Shown here one piece after another: positions 50,110 through 64,000 of a stretch of 64,000 nucleotides of DNA; the stretch's first letter is position 1; every line of letters begins with the position of its first letter. Made by a program: the position numbers and the translations under genes. The stretch lies in the NCBI GenBank assembly GCA_038087875.1, contig CM075991.1, positions 2,108,001 to 2,172,000 on the forward strand, read 5' to 3'. The notes below the pieces were generated by a model that saw only the letters and a list, made by a program, of their open reading frames with translations, had not been told where the DNA came from and searched no databases. This DNA comes from Malacoraja senta (Eukaryota).

Positions 50110-50590
50110 GTAAATTTGGTCCATGCCGACCATATTGTCCCATCTAAGCAAGTTCCATTTGCCCACGTTTGGCCCATGTCTCTCTAAAACGTTCCAATGC
50201 TTGTACCCGATCAATGAATTTTAAATGCATTAAATACCTTAAATACCTGCCCCAGCTGCCTCCCCTGGCAGCTTGTTCCATATACCCACCACCCTGTGTC
50301 TGGATAAAACGCCCCTCTGGATCCTATTAAATCTTTCCCGTCTCATCTTAAACCTTCAGCCTCCGTTGTTTTTATTTCTCCTATTCTGGTTTAAAATACT
50401 CTGTGCCATTCACTTTATTAATTCCTCTCGTGATTATATGCTCCTCCATCGCCCCTTGGTCTCCTGCACTCCAAGGAATAAAGTCCTAGCTTGCCCAATC
50501 TCTCTCCACAACTCGGGTCCTTAACGTTCTTGTAAATCTTCACTGCATTCTTTCCATTTAAATGGCATCCTTCCTACACCAGGGTGACCC
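50110..50590 (-). mobile_element. CR1-like 3' fragment
   Basis: Reverse-strand match to the CR1 3' ends elsewhere in the window. Confidence 0.65.
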
Positions 50591-52084
50591 TTTAGAACGA
50601 CAGGGGACAATATACATGAAAACTAGACCTGTTGGGCCACGACAACTCTCCTATCGCCTCTGGTGAACTATCAGGTTCGGGCATATTTTACGTAGCCTTG
50701 AAAATACATTGCGTTGCCACTCTAACTGATAATTCGCATGGGGAAAATTCATAATGCAATTAACAGTGAATAACCCCATCCTTATTCCCGTAGAAGAAAG
50801 AATTTCATTTTTTCAGTTTTCAGTACATATGGCAGTAAAAACCCCCCACTTGAAATAGCTCCTGTCTGTGAGGTTCATACTGTCACTAGTTCAGATTCTC
50901 ATTTCAATTTTACTTTCCAAACGCGATACAAAGTGAACTGACCCGTGTGCCAAACTCGATCATTTTAATTTTCTGCGGACAGCCATTCCTTGATTTCCCC
51001 TCCAACAAAATTTACGATGATATTCCCTCCGATGGATTTGCAGGATATGTTTCTGTGTTCAACACCATTTACCACATGATGGACAAATGACCTGATCCCA
51101 GACTACTGAATATATTCTGCCCCCGATTTCTCTACTACTTTCCAGTATCTTAATACAGGAGCGGCGATGCTAATATTTACGACTCTATGACTATTTATTT
51201 TCAGATTTGCTTGTGGAGAATGCTTGAATAATATTCCAACGTTATACGTTGGTTCGTTTGTGTCCTGCGTTGTCCAGCAATAACTGGGCACGACTTGCTC
51301 CCACACCTGAGTGCTGTTATCGACTTGGCTCCTGGAACAGACACTGTCTCGCGAGTTGCCATTTTCTTTTAACCGATTTTCAAGAAGTGGGGAAAGTCTA
51401 TTTACGTTCACAGTTTGAAACCCGCGCTACAATTTGTGAATCTAGATAATGTTCTTCAATTCTATGCCTTTCACCGATTGCACAAACTCAGCCCGTGGAC
51501 GATGCAGTGGACAATTGATCGCATGCACAATAGGCTCATTAATTTAGCGTTATATCTCACGAGGTAATAATATAAACAGCACAATCGTATATGACGATTT
51601 GGGAATCATTCGGGTCTTATTTTCTCAGACTGTATTACGATTATGCAAGTATTGAATGCACGCGGAAGCAATACCATTACACATCATGTATAAAACACAG
51701 TTCCCATTTTAAACTGCTAAGGACAAGAAGGAGACCATTCAGCCCATCGGCTCCACACCAGGCACTGCACAACAATCTCGTTGATTTAATTTACCCTCTC
51801 CTTATTTCCCTTCATCCGGGCCCATCGGCCCTTCTTTCATCCGTTTGACCATTCTACTCAAGATAATTTACAGTAGGTAATTAAACTACCTAGCAACAAA
51901 TCATTGGGATGCGCGAAGAAACCCGAGCACCCGGGCAAACGCGCACAGTCACAGGGAAGATGCAAGTGTAATAGCATGTCATACAGCACCGGTGGTAAGG
52001 AATGAACCGAGATCGCTACAACAGGGTGGAAGCAGCGGTAGTATAATTAAATAGAGGATACCGATAACGTGCTCCTTCCAACCA

Positions 52085-52375
52085 GTTGAGCCACTGCAGG
52101 CAGCGTCATAGACCCGAGTTCAATGCCGACCTCGGGTTCTGTCAGTGTGGATTTTGTACGTTCTCCTTGTGCCTGTGTGGGTTTCCCCCGCGCGTTCTGT
52201 TTTTGTCCTACATTCCAAAAACGGGCATTTACCCACTGTAAATATTCCCTCGTGTGTATAAGTGGCAGTATCTTCGGGGAGTTGATGAGAACGAGGACAA
52301 ATAAAATAGGATTAATGATGCAATTGGATGTTTGCTGCTCGCCTGAGACCCGGTGGTCAAGGGCTCTTTCCATGT
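52085..52375 (+). mobile_element. tRNA-derived V-SINE-like element
   Basis: GACCCGAGTTCAAT B-box-like motif; TGTGGATTTTGTACGTTCTCCTTGTG..GGGTTTCC V-domain; inverted relatives at ~51860-52040 and ~33240-33370. Confidence 0.65.
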
Positions 52376-54076
52376 TGTTTGTTTAAACCAGAATCTGCAG
52401 TTCCTTCCTACACATTTACTTAGATGCCAACGTGGTGTCAATTACACAGGCTCCAACAATATTCAATAACGTGATATTATCTTAACGACAAAATCAGAAG
52501 AAAAGTTGGTGTTTGATTTAGCCAGCGCCCAATTTCTGCCGATAATTCACGGATGAATATGTCCTGCTTTTGTTTTCTCATTTGTATAATGAGGTGGACG
52601 GGACTGGAGAAACAACAGCTGAATATGAGCCTGAATTTATCTATAAAACATCAAATAAGATACATCTTCAAAACAAAGTGGTAAAACTCTGAAACTCTCA
52701 ACAGAGAGAAAACAGAGGTGAATTCTGTACATCAGTCCCAACGTGGACTGTTTTACTTTCCTCAGAAGCTGCGGCCCCTCCGAAGATTCTGTTTGCACGT
52801 CTCACTGCCTCATTATGCATTTAGCACGAGGTATATGTAGGAGATAAAATATCAAGGTGAAATTTGTTACGGAAATCTGCACTGAACATTTAACCAAAAT
52901 AGAGGAAGTGAATAGCCATTTAAATAAAATTGCAACATCTCTCTAACTGCGAATCTCCACCTAAACAGAATGGAGAATGCACAAATGCCCCGATAAATAA
53001 ACGTGTTGCTACTAATAGCCGGACACGCACAGTGCCAAAATGAAAACTTCGTTAATATATAATGTGACGCAGTTGAAGATCGTTGACCACTGTGTGGAAA
53101 TGTCAGCGTCAATATCCATCGAAGTGAGTGTTTAATGACAATATTAGTGCTCATTTTAACAGTGTTCATTCCACACCAAGATGACTTTTAATGATAGAAA
53201 ATTAATAAAAACCTTTCCAACAACACGATACTAACTACATTTTATAAATATGCTCAGTTCACAGTATGACATGGTGGATAAAAAAAGCTGCAACTGATCA
53301 CTATCAGCGACAGGAATCTGTGTGCGGCTTCAGTCAGCAACAGCTGCAGCTTTGGATGCTGTTGTTCACCTCAAGGAGTTTATACTCTCCGGACTCCGAT
53401 GTACACTGTCCCAACAGTGACCGCCCTATACCTCTGATAAATTCAGATTCATAATCTATTTCTGAATTGCAGTACACAAGACCCGAGTCTTGCGGGTGGA
53501 CTAATCTGTGACTGAAGAAAATTCCCGTGGACAAAATATCACGTTTAAATCTGTTTTCAAAAATCTGAATGGGAAGTTAAATGCGACATCTTGGCGACAT
53601 TATCCAAATATATAGCCTATTCCGACGGAATCGAACGACTGTTACACAAGGACGCAAACATTAGAAAATAACTAATTAATTACAGAAAACGAATAACACA
53701 CTTCAATATTCCATCCAGCCGTTGTCAAGGTGACTTAGCCTTTTTTTTTTTAATTCACTCTGCTCCTGTGCCCACATTAGAAAACACCCAAAGCCCTGAT
53801 CTGGACAGGTGGAAAATTCACACGTGGAAGACATTTTTCATCACTTCAATAGATCACTATGTTTTCATCACAACATTTAGAGATACAGACATGAAGTGCT
53901 GCAGTAACCCAGCGGGTCAGGCAGCATCAGTTTGAAGAAGGGGGCCGATTTGAAACGTCACCTATCCATGTTCTCCAGAGATGCTGCCTGACACGATGTG
54001 TTATTCCAACAGGTACACAAAAATGCTGGAGAAACTCAGCGGGTGCAGCAGCATCTATGGAGCGAAGGAAATAGGC

Positions 54077-54104
54077 AACGTTTCGGGCCGAAACCCTTCT
54101 TCAG
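54077..54104 (-). ncRNA. Minimal hammerhead core variant (GTT triplet)
   Basis: CTGAAGA-AGGGTTTCGGCCC-GAAAC-GTT. Confidence 0.5.
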
Positions 54105-54726
54105 ACAAATTGATATATATTTTTTTGTAAACCAGCATCTGCAGGCCCTCGTGTCTCCATTCGGAGATACATATTTTCTGATCGACATATCAAACAGACA
54201 TAAACTGAAGTTAGCTGTTAATGGAAAATGCAGGACGCGGTGCAAGTGGAAGCATACTGAAAAAAGTATCGGTATTTCATCAAACGCAACTGAATATTCT
54301 GTAGAAAATTTAATATAGGCGAATCGATTTCAAAAGAAAGGAAATGTAAAGATTGCCGAAAGTCTACTCGAGCAGGCAATGTGCATTTCCCTTTGATGGA
54401 GTTTATAAAATAAATCTTAACCAAAACCGTGAACATTGAGAAACGATACCATCGACTGAACGTGACACTAAATAGAAGTGTCAATGAGGTGGACGGGGAT
54501 TGAGAAACAACAGCTGAATATATGCCTGAATTTATCTCGGAAGCAGCAAATGGGAGAAATCTTCAAAACAGAGTTAAAACTCTGAAACAATCAGTACCTG
54601 TGCAAAGAGAAACAAAGGTGATTTGTTCTCTGCTGTTCTTTCCACAAATTTTGTCCATCAGTCCCAACGTGGACTATTATACTTTCCACAGCAGCTGCTG
54701 CCCCGCCGAAGGTTCTGTTTATACGT

Positions 54727-54854
<128 letters not shown>

Positions 54855-56299
54855 GTGCATTTAACACGAGGCACATGAATGAGATAAAACATCAAGCTGA
54901 ATTTTGTCACGGAAATCTGCACTGAACTTTCAAGCTGAATCGAAGAAGTGAATTTGCAACATCTCACAAATTGCGATTCTCCACATATACAGAATGGAGA
55001 ATGCAAAAATGCCCGGTTTAATATATAATGTCACACATATGAAGATAATTGAAAATAATTGTAGGCAAATTAAACTCTACCACTGTGTGAAAATGTCGGT
55101 GTCAATATCCTTCCTAGTGAGTGTTTAAGATCAATGACAAAATTAATGTTAATTTTAACAGTGTTCATTCTGCATCGGTATGCCTTCTAATAATGTAAAA
55201 TTAATAAAAACCTTTCCATCAACACGATACTAACTACATTTTATAAATATGCTCAGTTCACAGTATGACATGGTGGATAAAAAAAGCTGCAACTGATCAC
55301 TATCAGCGACAGGAATTTGTGTGCGGCTTCAGTCAGCAACAGCTGCAGCTTTAGATGCTGTTGCTCACCTCAAGGAGTTTATACTCTCTGGACTCCGATG
55401 TACTCTGTCCCAACAGTGACCGCCCTATACCTCTGATAAATTCAGATTAATAATCTCTTTCTGAATTGCAGTACACAAGACCCGAGTCTTGCGGGTGGAC
55501 TGATCTGTGACTGAAGAAAATTTCCCGTGGACGAAATATCACGCTTAAATCTGTTTGACAAAATCGGAATGGGTCGTTAAATGTGTTAATCTTGGCGAAA
55601 TTATCCAAACACACACTGTTCCGACAGAAGTCAGCAACTAGTTACCAAATGGCTCAGTAAGAAATTATTAGAAAATAATGAATTATTTATAAAAATAATT
55701 GCCACACTTGAATAGTCCACTTCTCCCGTCATACATTTGAAGTAAATTAGCATATTTTCTCATTATAAAAACACCCAAACCCCTGATCTGGACAGGTGGA
55801 AATTACACACGTGGCACAAATTTATCATCAGAGAATAAATATTTTCTACTATCCACAGTCCATACCACAACGTTCAATTATGTAGCTAGAAAGATACGGG
55901 AATATAGAGTATAATAATAAATATCATGTTAATTGATCACCGAATACTTTCAACATTCTCAATGAACTCACAGTTCCAAATCTGCAATACAATCAAAGTC
56001 AAGAAGGACCGCAGCATTCTCCCAGCGGCCAATTGCAGCGATGACACCAGGACTTCAACTGAACACCCACTACGGACATAGAATGGTCTCTCCAAAATCT
56101 TCTAACACACTAACGTATCTGAGAGTTAATTCTTTGACAACGGTTTTCATAGTAAATGATGTTTTGCTCCAAACAACCAATAGATTGTGAACGAAGTAAG
56201 GCGTGAACTGCAGTCTGCTCTAATGCACCAATGAGAAAGAACCTGCCCATTAATGGGTTTATCGGATCCATTTTCTTTATTTCGCCTTCTCTTGAGAAA

Positions 56300-57230
56300 C
56301 CCAATGAAGGGATTAAAAGTAACATTAACAAATTTGCAGATGACACAAAGCTGGGTGGCTGTGTGAACTATGCGGAGGATGCTATGAGAATGCAGGGTGA
56401 CTTGGACAGGTTGGGTGAGTGGGCAGATGCATGGCAGATGCAGTTTAACGTGGACAAATGTGAGGTTATCCACTTAAGTGGCAAAACCGGGAAGGCAGAT
56501 TATTATCTGAATGGTGTCAAGTTGGGAAAAGGAGAAGTACAACGAGATCTGGGGGGCCCTTGTTCATCAGTCACTGAAAGTAAGCATGCAGGTACAGCAG
56601 GCAGTGAAGACATTTAATGGCATGTTGGCCTTCATAACAGGAGGAATTGAGTATAGGAGCAAAGAGGTCCTTCTGCAGTTGTACAGGGCCCTAGTGAGAC
56701 CACACCTGGAGTATTATGTGCAGTTTTGGTCTCCAAATTTAAGGAAGGTTCACAATGTTAATTCCCGAGATGGCGGGACTGTCGTATGTTGATAGAATGG
56801 AGCGGCTGGGCTTGTATACTCTGGAATTTAGAAGAATGAGAGGGGATCTTATTGAAACATATCAGATTATTAAGGGTTTGGACACGCTAGGGGCAGGAAA
56901 CATGTTCCCGATGTTGGGGGAGGCCAGAACCAGGAGCCACTATTTAAGAATAAGGGATAAGCCATTTAGAACGGAGATCAGGAAAACTTTTGCGCACAGA
57001 GAGTTGTGAGTCTATGGAATTCTCTGCCTCAGAGGGCACTAGAGGCTGGTTCTCTGGATGCTTTCAAGAGAGAAATAGACAGAGCTCTTAAAGATAGCAG
57101 AGTCAAAGGATATGGTGAGAAGGCAGGAAAGGGGTACTGACTGTGGATGATCAGCCATGATCACAGTGAATGGCAGTGCTGGCTCGAAGGGACGAATGGC
57201 CTACTCCTGCACCTATTGTCTATTGTCTGT
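56300..57230 (+). mobile_element. CR1-like 3' fragment
   Basis: KFADDTKLGG, YYVQFWSP, 3' UTR like the 40440-40536 region. Confidence 0.9.
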
Positions 57231-57559
57231 TGAATTTGAAACAGAAACGAGTCACCAAGCCGATACCTGCATCCAAGAAGCATACAGTTAAAGAAGCTTA
57301 CCGTAAGAGAGGGGATGGTTGATCCCAGTGTCCACAGTGTGATCCAGACGATGGGGGTGCTCATCTCATTTCCATCGTTCCACCACCAGGGACTTTGGCA
57401 CTTTGTAAACAGTTCAGAGCACCCAGCCCACCCGCACTCTCAGCAGCCGCCTGAAAATACCACACCGTGCCGAATTCAGTTTTAATTCATTTTTATTGAG
57501 CCCTGTATCAGTCTCCAATGTAGAAGAGAACAAAAATGCTTCATACTCTCATGCTTTTA

Positions 57560-58700
57560 TGTTCGTCATAGGAGCAGAATTAGGCCATTTGGCCCATCGA
57601 TTCTATTCCACAATTCAATCATGGTTGATCTTTCCCTCTGAACCCCATTCTCCCACCTTCTTCCGAACATTTTACACCCTTGTTAATTAATAACCTTTCA
57701 ATCTCTGCTTTAAAAATACCCAATGCCTTGGCTTCCACAGTCGTTTGTGGCAATTAATTCCACAGATAAACTAACCTCTGGCAAAATAATATCCTCCTCA
57801 TCAGTCTAACATGATGTCCTTTTATTCTGAGGCTGTGCCCTGTGATCAAAGATTCTCCCACTACTGGAAACATCCTCTCAACATCCACTCTATGTGGTCC
57901 TTTCATTATTTAGTAGGTTTCAATGAGATTCCTACTCATCCTTCTAAACACACACCAGTACAGGCCCAAAGCCCTCACAGGCTCCTCATACGTTAACCCA
58001 CTCCTCCTTCGGATCATTCTCATCAATCTCTTCTGGACTCTCTCCAATGCTAGCAAATCCCTCCTCAGATATGTGGACCAAAACTGTTCACAAAACTCCA
58101 AATGCAGTCTGCCAGGCATCCTATAAAGCATCAGCATTGCATCCCTGCTTTTATATTCTAGTCTTCTCAAAATGATTGCTGACATGACATTTGCCTTCCT
58201 TACTACTGATTTAACTTGCAAATGTATCTATTGGAAACACTCCACCAGCACTCCCAAGTCCCTTTGCACCTCAGATTTCTGAATCCTATCCCTATTTACA
58301 AAATAGTCTATACCTTTTGTCCTACTATCAAAGTGCATGACGGTACACTTTGCTACATCGTATTCCATCTTCCACGTCTTCCAACCTCTCCAAGTCCTTC
58401 TGTAAACTTCCTGCTTTCTCTACATTAGCTACTCCTCCACCTATCTTTGTATCATCTGCAAACGGCCACATATCCATCAATTTTCTCATCCAAATCATTG
58501 GTAAACTATGTGAAGAGTAGCGGCCTCAATCCCGACCCCAACGGATCAACACTAGTCACCAGTAGCTTATCACAAAAAGTCCCTTTTTCCCCACTCTTTG
58601 CCTTCTGCCATTCAGCCAACCTGCTATCCATGCAGGTATCTTCCCTCTAATACCTTGCGCTCTCACCTTGTTTAGCAGCATCACATGGGGCAAGTTATCC
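57560..58700 (-). mobile_element. CR1-like 3' fragment, old
   Basis: LEFCEQFWS, LERVQKRL. Confidence 0.8.
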
Positions 58701-58968
58701 ATCTGTCAGAGTCATACAGATAAACACGACAGCCCCAATTGTCCATGCTCACCAAATTGCGCCATCTAAGTTAGTCTAATTTGCACACATTTGACCCATA
58801 TGGCTCTAAACCTTTCCTTTCATCTATCTCTCCATGTGTATTTTAAATGCTGTTATAGTACCTGCCACAGCTACTGTTCCTCCTCTGGCAGCTCGTACCA
58901 GAAACCCACCATTCTCTGAGTAAAAAATTAGTTCCTCGGTTTTGTGATGAATTTTCCCTCTCACATCT

Positions 58969-60905
58969 AACCATATAACCATATAACCATAACAGCACGG
59001 AAACAGGCCATCTCGGCCCTTCAAGTCCGTGCCAAACACTTTTCTTTTTTTTTATACTTCCCCCTAGCCCCATCTACCTGCACTCAGACCATAACCCTCC
59101 ATTCCTTTCCCGTCCATATACCCATCCAATCTATTTTTAAAGGATAAAATCGAACCTGCCTCCACCAATTCCACTGGAAGCTCATTCCACACAGCTACCA
59201 CTCTCTGAGTAAAGAAGTTCCCCCTAATGTTACCCCTAAACTTCTGTCCCTTAATTCTCAAGTCATGTCCCCGTGTTTGAATCTTCCCTACTCTCAATGG
59301 GAAAAGCTTATCCACGTCCACTCTGTCTAACCCGCTCATAATTTTAAAGACCTCTATCAAGTCCCCTCTTAACCTTCTGCGCTCCAAAGAATAAAGACCT
59401 AGCTTGTTCAACCTTTCTCTGTAACTTAGTTGCTGAAACCCAGGCAACATTCTAGTAAATCTCTTCTGTACTCTCTCTATTTTGTTGACATCCTTCCTAT
59501 AATTAGGCGACCAAAATTGTACTCCATACTCCAGAATTGGCCTCACCAATGCCTTGTACAATTTTAACATTACATCCCAACTTCTATATTCAATGCTCTG
59601 ATTTATAAAGGCCAGCACACCAAAAGCTTTCTTTACCACCCTATCTACATGAGATTCCACCTTCAGGGAACTATGCACAGTTATTCCTAGATCCCTCTGT
59701 TCAACTGCATTCCTCAATTCGCTACCATTTACCATGTACGTCCTATTTTGATTTGTCCTGCCGAGATGTAGCACCTCACATTTGTCAGCATTAAACTCCA
59801 TCTGCCATCTTTCAGCCCACTCTTCCAAATGGCCTAAATCTCTCTGTAGACTTTGAAAATCTACTTCATTATCCACAACACCACCTATCTTAGTATCATC
59901 TGCATACTTAATAATCCAATTTTCCACACCATCATTCAGATCATTGATGTACATGACACACAACAGTGGACCCAACACAGACCCCTGAGGCACCCCACTA
60001 GTCACCGGCCTCCAACCTGACAAACAGCCATCCACCATTACTCTCTGGCATCTCCCATTCAGCCACTGTTGAATCCATCTTGCTACTCCACCATTAATAC
60101 CAACAATTGAATCTTCTTAACCAACCTTCCATGAGGAACCTTGTCAAAGGCCTTACTGAAGTCCATATAGACAACATCCACTGCTTTACCCTCATCAATT
60201 TCCCTAGTAACCTCTTCGAAAAATTCAAGAAGATTAGTCAAACATGACCTTCCAGGCACAAATCCATGTTGACTGTTCCTAATCAGACCCTGCTTATCCA
60301 GATGCTTATATATATTATCTTTAAGTATCCTTTCCATTAATTTGCCCACCACTGACGTCAAACTAACAGGGATATAATTGCTAGGTTTACTCTTAGAACC
60401 CTTTTTAAACAACGGAACAACATGCGCAATACGCCAATCCTCCGGCACTATTCCCGTTTCTAATGACATTTGAAATATTTCTGTCATAGCCCCTGCTATT
60501 TCTACACTAACTTCCCTCAATGTCCTAGGGAATATCCTGTCAGGACCTAGAGACTTATCCGTTTTCATATTTTTCAAAAGTGTCCGCACCTCCTCTTCTT
60601 TGAATCTCATAGTTTCCATTGCTACTCTGCTTGTTTCCCTTACCTCACATAATTCCATATCCTTCTCCTTGGTGAATACCGAAGAAAAGAAATTGTTCAA
60701 TATCTCCCCCATCTCTTTTGGCTCTGCAGATAGCTGTCCACTCTGACTCTCTAATGGACCAATTTTATTCCTTGTTATCCTTTTGCTATTAATATAGCCG
60801 TAGAAACCCTTTGGATTTACTTTCACCTTACTTGCCAAAGCAACCTCATATCTTCTTTTAGCTTTTCTAATTTCTTTCTTAATATTCTTTTTACATTCTT
60901 TGTAT
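58969..60905 (-). mobile_element. CR1-like LINE 3' half (RT), comparatively intact, (TATATGGT)n tail
   Basis: ORFs 60083-60900 and 59064-60038 with KSLGPD, MDFSKAFD, PQGSVLGP, YADD; one frameshift. Confidence 0.93.
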
Positions 60906-61229
60906 CTGGTTATTGATTTCCCTATGCTATATAAAAGATTGTGCATTAATGGGAAGGGCGGTGTGTCAGATGCTAGGTGGGGGCGTGGGGTGGGTCTGGT
61001 GCTGTGTCGGGGGGAGGGGCAAATGCTGTGTGTGGGGGAGGGGCAAGTGCTGTGTGGGGGGGGAGGGGCGGTGAGGTGAGCATGAGAAAAGGAAATAGAC
61101 AGGGAGTGCATGCGACCTCTGTGGATCACCCTATATAGTGTAAACCCACCCATATAGTAGAGCCTACCTGCTTGCCAGGATATTTGTTCCCTTCCAGTTC
61201 AGGTGCAACTCATCCTTCTTGTACAGGTC

Positions 61230-63110
61230 TGGATCTATTGGCCAGGTGGGCGGAGGAATGGTTGATGGAATTTAATACTGAAAAGTGTGGGGTGTTGCAT
61301 TTGGGATGTCGAACAAGGGCAGGACCTACATAGTAAATGGTAGGACCTTGGGTAGTGTTGTAGAGCAGAGGGATCTAGGAGTACAGGTGCATGGTTCCTT
61401 GAAGGTCAAGTCGCATGTGGGTAGGGTGGTCAAAAAGGCTTTTGGCACTTTGGTCTTCATCAGTCAGAGTATTGAGTATAGAAGTTGGGAGGTCATGTTG
61501 CAGTTGTATAAGATGTTGGTGATACCGCATTTAGAATATTGTGTTCAGTTCTGGGCACCATGTTATGGGAAAGATATTGTCAAGCTTGAAAGGGTTCAGA
61601 AAGGATTTACGAGGATGTTGCCAGTAGGGTGAGCTTATAGAGGTGTACAAAATCATGAGAGGAATAGATCAGGTAGATGCACTGCCTCTTGCCCAGAGTA
61701 GGGGAATCGAGGACCAGAGGGCATAGGTTCAATGTGAAGGTGAAGAGATTTAGATAGGTACATGGATAAGACAGGTTAGGAGGGAGATAGACCAAGCACA
61801 GGCAAGTGGGACTAGTGTAGCTGGGACATTGTTGGCTGGCGTGGGCAAGTTGGGCCGAAGGGCCTGTGTCCACACTGTATCACTGTATCACTCTATGACT
61901 CTATGTCGCCAAAAAGGTTGATGGCAGAGCTGTAGACAGTTTCTACATAGATTTCAGCAAGGCATTTGACGAGGTTCCGCATGGTAGGCTGTTCTGGAAC
62001 GTTAGATCGCATGGGATCCAAAGATAGCTAATGGCCTGGATAGAAAATTGGCTTCATGGAAGGAAACAGTGGGTGGTGGTGGAACATTGTTTTTTGGACT
62101 TGAGGACTCTGATTAGTGGCATGCTTCAAGGATTGGTGCTGGATCCACTGCTGTTTGTGTTTTACATCAACAATTGGGATGTGAACCTACAAGACATGGT
62201 AAATAAATTTGCAGATTACATTAAAGTGGCTGGTATTGTAGACAGTGAAAATAGTTGTCAAAAAGTGCAGCAGGATCTTGATCCGTTGGCAAGGCGGCAG
62301 AGGAATGGTTAATAGAGTTGAATTCAGATTAATTTGAGGTACATCATTTCAGGAACACTAATCATGATGGGATCTTCACTGTAAATGTCAGGACTCTGGG
62401 GAGTTTTGCAGAGCGGAGATCTCAGAATGCAGGTGAATAGTTCATTGAAATTGGTAGCACAGGTTGACAAGGTGGTCAAAAAGGACTTTAGCACTTTGGC
62501 CTTCATCAATCAGGATTTTGAGGATAGAAGTTTGGATGTTACAGCCGTACAAGGTGCTAGTGAGGCCAGAGTTGGAGTATTGTGATCAGAGTTGGTCACC
62601 CAGCTGTAGAAGATGTTGTTAAACTAGAAAGAATGTAGAGATTTTCCTGTACAAGGATGTTGTCAGGAACTGAGGGACTGAGCTATAATGACTGGATGGG
62701 CAGGCTAGGACTGTATTCTGTGGAGAGTGCAAGGATGAGAGGTGAACTTAGAGAGTTGTATATGATCATGAGGGGTATGGACAGGATGGATAGTCTATTA
62801 CCCATGTAGGGGAATCAAGAACCAGAGAATTAGGTTGAAGGGGAGGGGGGCAATATTCAATAGGAATTTGAAGGGGAACTTTTCCCAAACACAGGGTGAT
62901 GGGCATAAGAAATGAGCTGCCGGTGGAGGTACTGTAACTGAGGCAGAAACAATAACATTTAAAAGACATACGCACAGGTACATGGAAAGGAAAGGTTTAG
63001 AGGGATATGGGCCAAACATGGCCAGGTGGAACTAGTGTAGATGGGGCACCTTGGTTGTCATGGTCTAGCTGGGTCAAAGGGCTTGTTTCTTTGCTGTATG
63101 ACTCTGAGAC
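61230..63110 (+). mobile_element. Two consecutive CR1-like fragments
   Basis: YCVQFWAP, DFSKAFD and KFAD remnants; ACTCTATG tails. Confidence 0.85.
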
Positions 63111-63129
63111 ACCCTTAGGCACCCGACCG

Positions 63130-64000
63130 TGTAGCTATGACCTCCAGTGTTGGACTTTTCCACCCTTGGCTAAAAGGTTCTGACCATCTACCTGTCCATC
63201 CCTCTCATAATTTTGTTTACTTCTATCAAGTCTCCCCTCAACCTCCGACATGCCAGCGAAGCAAAGTCAAGACTATCCAACTTCTCCCTGTCGTTGAAAC
63301 CCTGACAACTGGCAACTGAAAAGTCCTTTCACCAGAGAGAGTGCAGTCCTGACCTCCCATCTACCACATTGGAGACCTTTGAACTATCTTTAATAAACGT
63401 TATCAGACTTTTTCTTGCACTGAATGCTGTCCCCTTTATCTTGTACCTCCACACTGTGGACAGCATGATTGTAATCATGTATAGTTTTTTCATTGACTGG
63501 ATGGCATGCAACAAAAAGCTTTTCACTGTTCCTGAGTGTATGTGACAATAATAAACTAAACTAAACTAATCAGGTAGCATTCTGGTAAATCTCCTCTGCA
63601 CCCTCTCGAAAACCCCCACATCTTAAGAACTATCTTTCTGGTAGTGGGGCGACCAGAACTGAAGACAATACTTCAAATGTGGCCTAACCAAAGTCCTATG
63701 TAGCTGTATCGTGACTCCCAGACTCTTGTATTCAATCACCCTCGCAATGCAGGCAAGCACACAATTTATCTCCTTTACACCTTGTCTACTTCTGCTGCCA
63801 CCTTGAAACTATGAAATTGGACACCAAGATCCCTCTGCACACCAATGCTTTTACGGTCTTGCCATTAACTGCATACTCTCTTCTTACATGTTATCCCGCT
63901 CTGTCTTCTGGCAGCATTCCTCACTATCGGCAACTCCATCAATATTAGTATAGTCAACAAACTTACTCAACAACCCATCTACATTTACATCAGGTCATTT
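63130..64000 (-). mobile_element. CR1-like fragment(s) with a nested short repeat
   Basis: Reverse-strand QFWSP-type remnants. Confidence 0.6.

Overview
Vertebrate genomic DNA, most likely from a cartilaginous fish (inferred from the CR1, V-SINE, Penelope and DIRS repeat families; not verified). Bases 1-20,000 are a pile of nested retroelements. An L1/Tx1-like LINE is split by a DIRS tyrosine-recombinase retrotransposon (2761-12700), which is itself split by a nearly intact Nimb/I-group LINE (5158-10314, 13-bp TSD). A second DIRS (14766-19444) sits inside a Penelope-like element. Bases ~20,400-49,800 carry, on the minus strand, a multi-exon CD163/WC1/SCART-like scavenger-receptor (SRCR group B) membrane gene: 7 SRCR exons (one from a recent 4.2-kb tandem duplication), linker exons, a TM exon and a Tyr-motif cytoplasmic tail. 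Its 5' end looks damaged. The introns hold CR1, L1, hAT, a palindromic THAP-bearing MITE and Penelope-derived repeats with minimal hammerhead-ribozyme cores. Bases 50,000-64,000 are a diverged ~1.25-kb duplication plus CR1/SINE debris. I see no clearly new biological system; the most interesting items are mechanistic details of the elements and of the SRCR gene.
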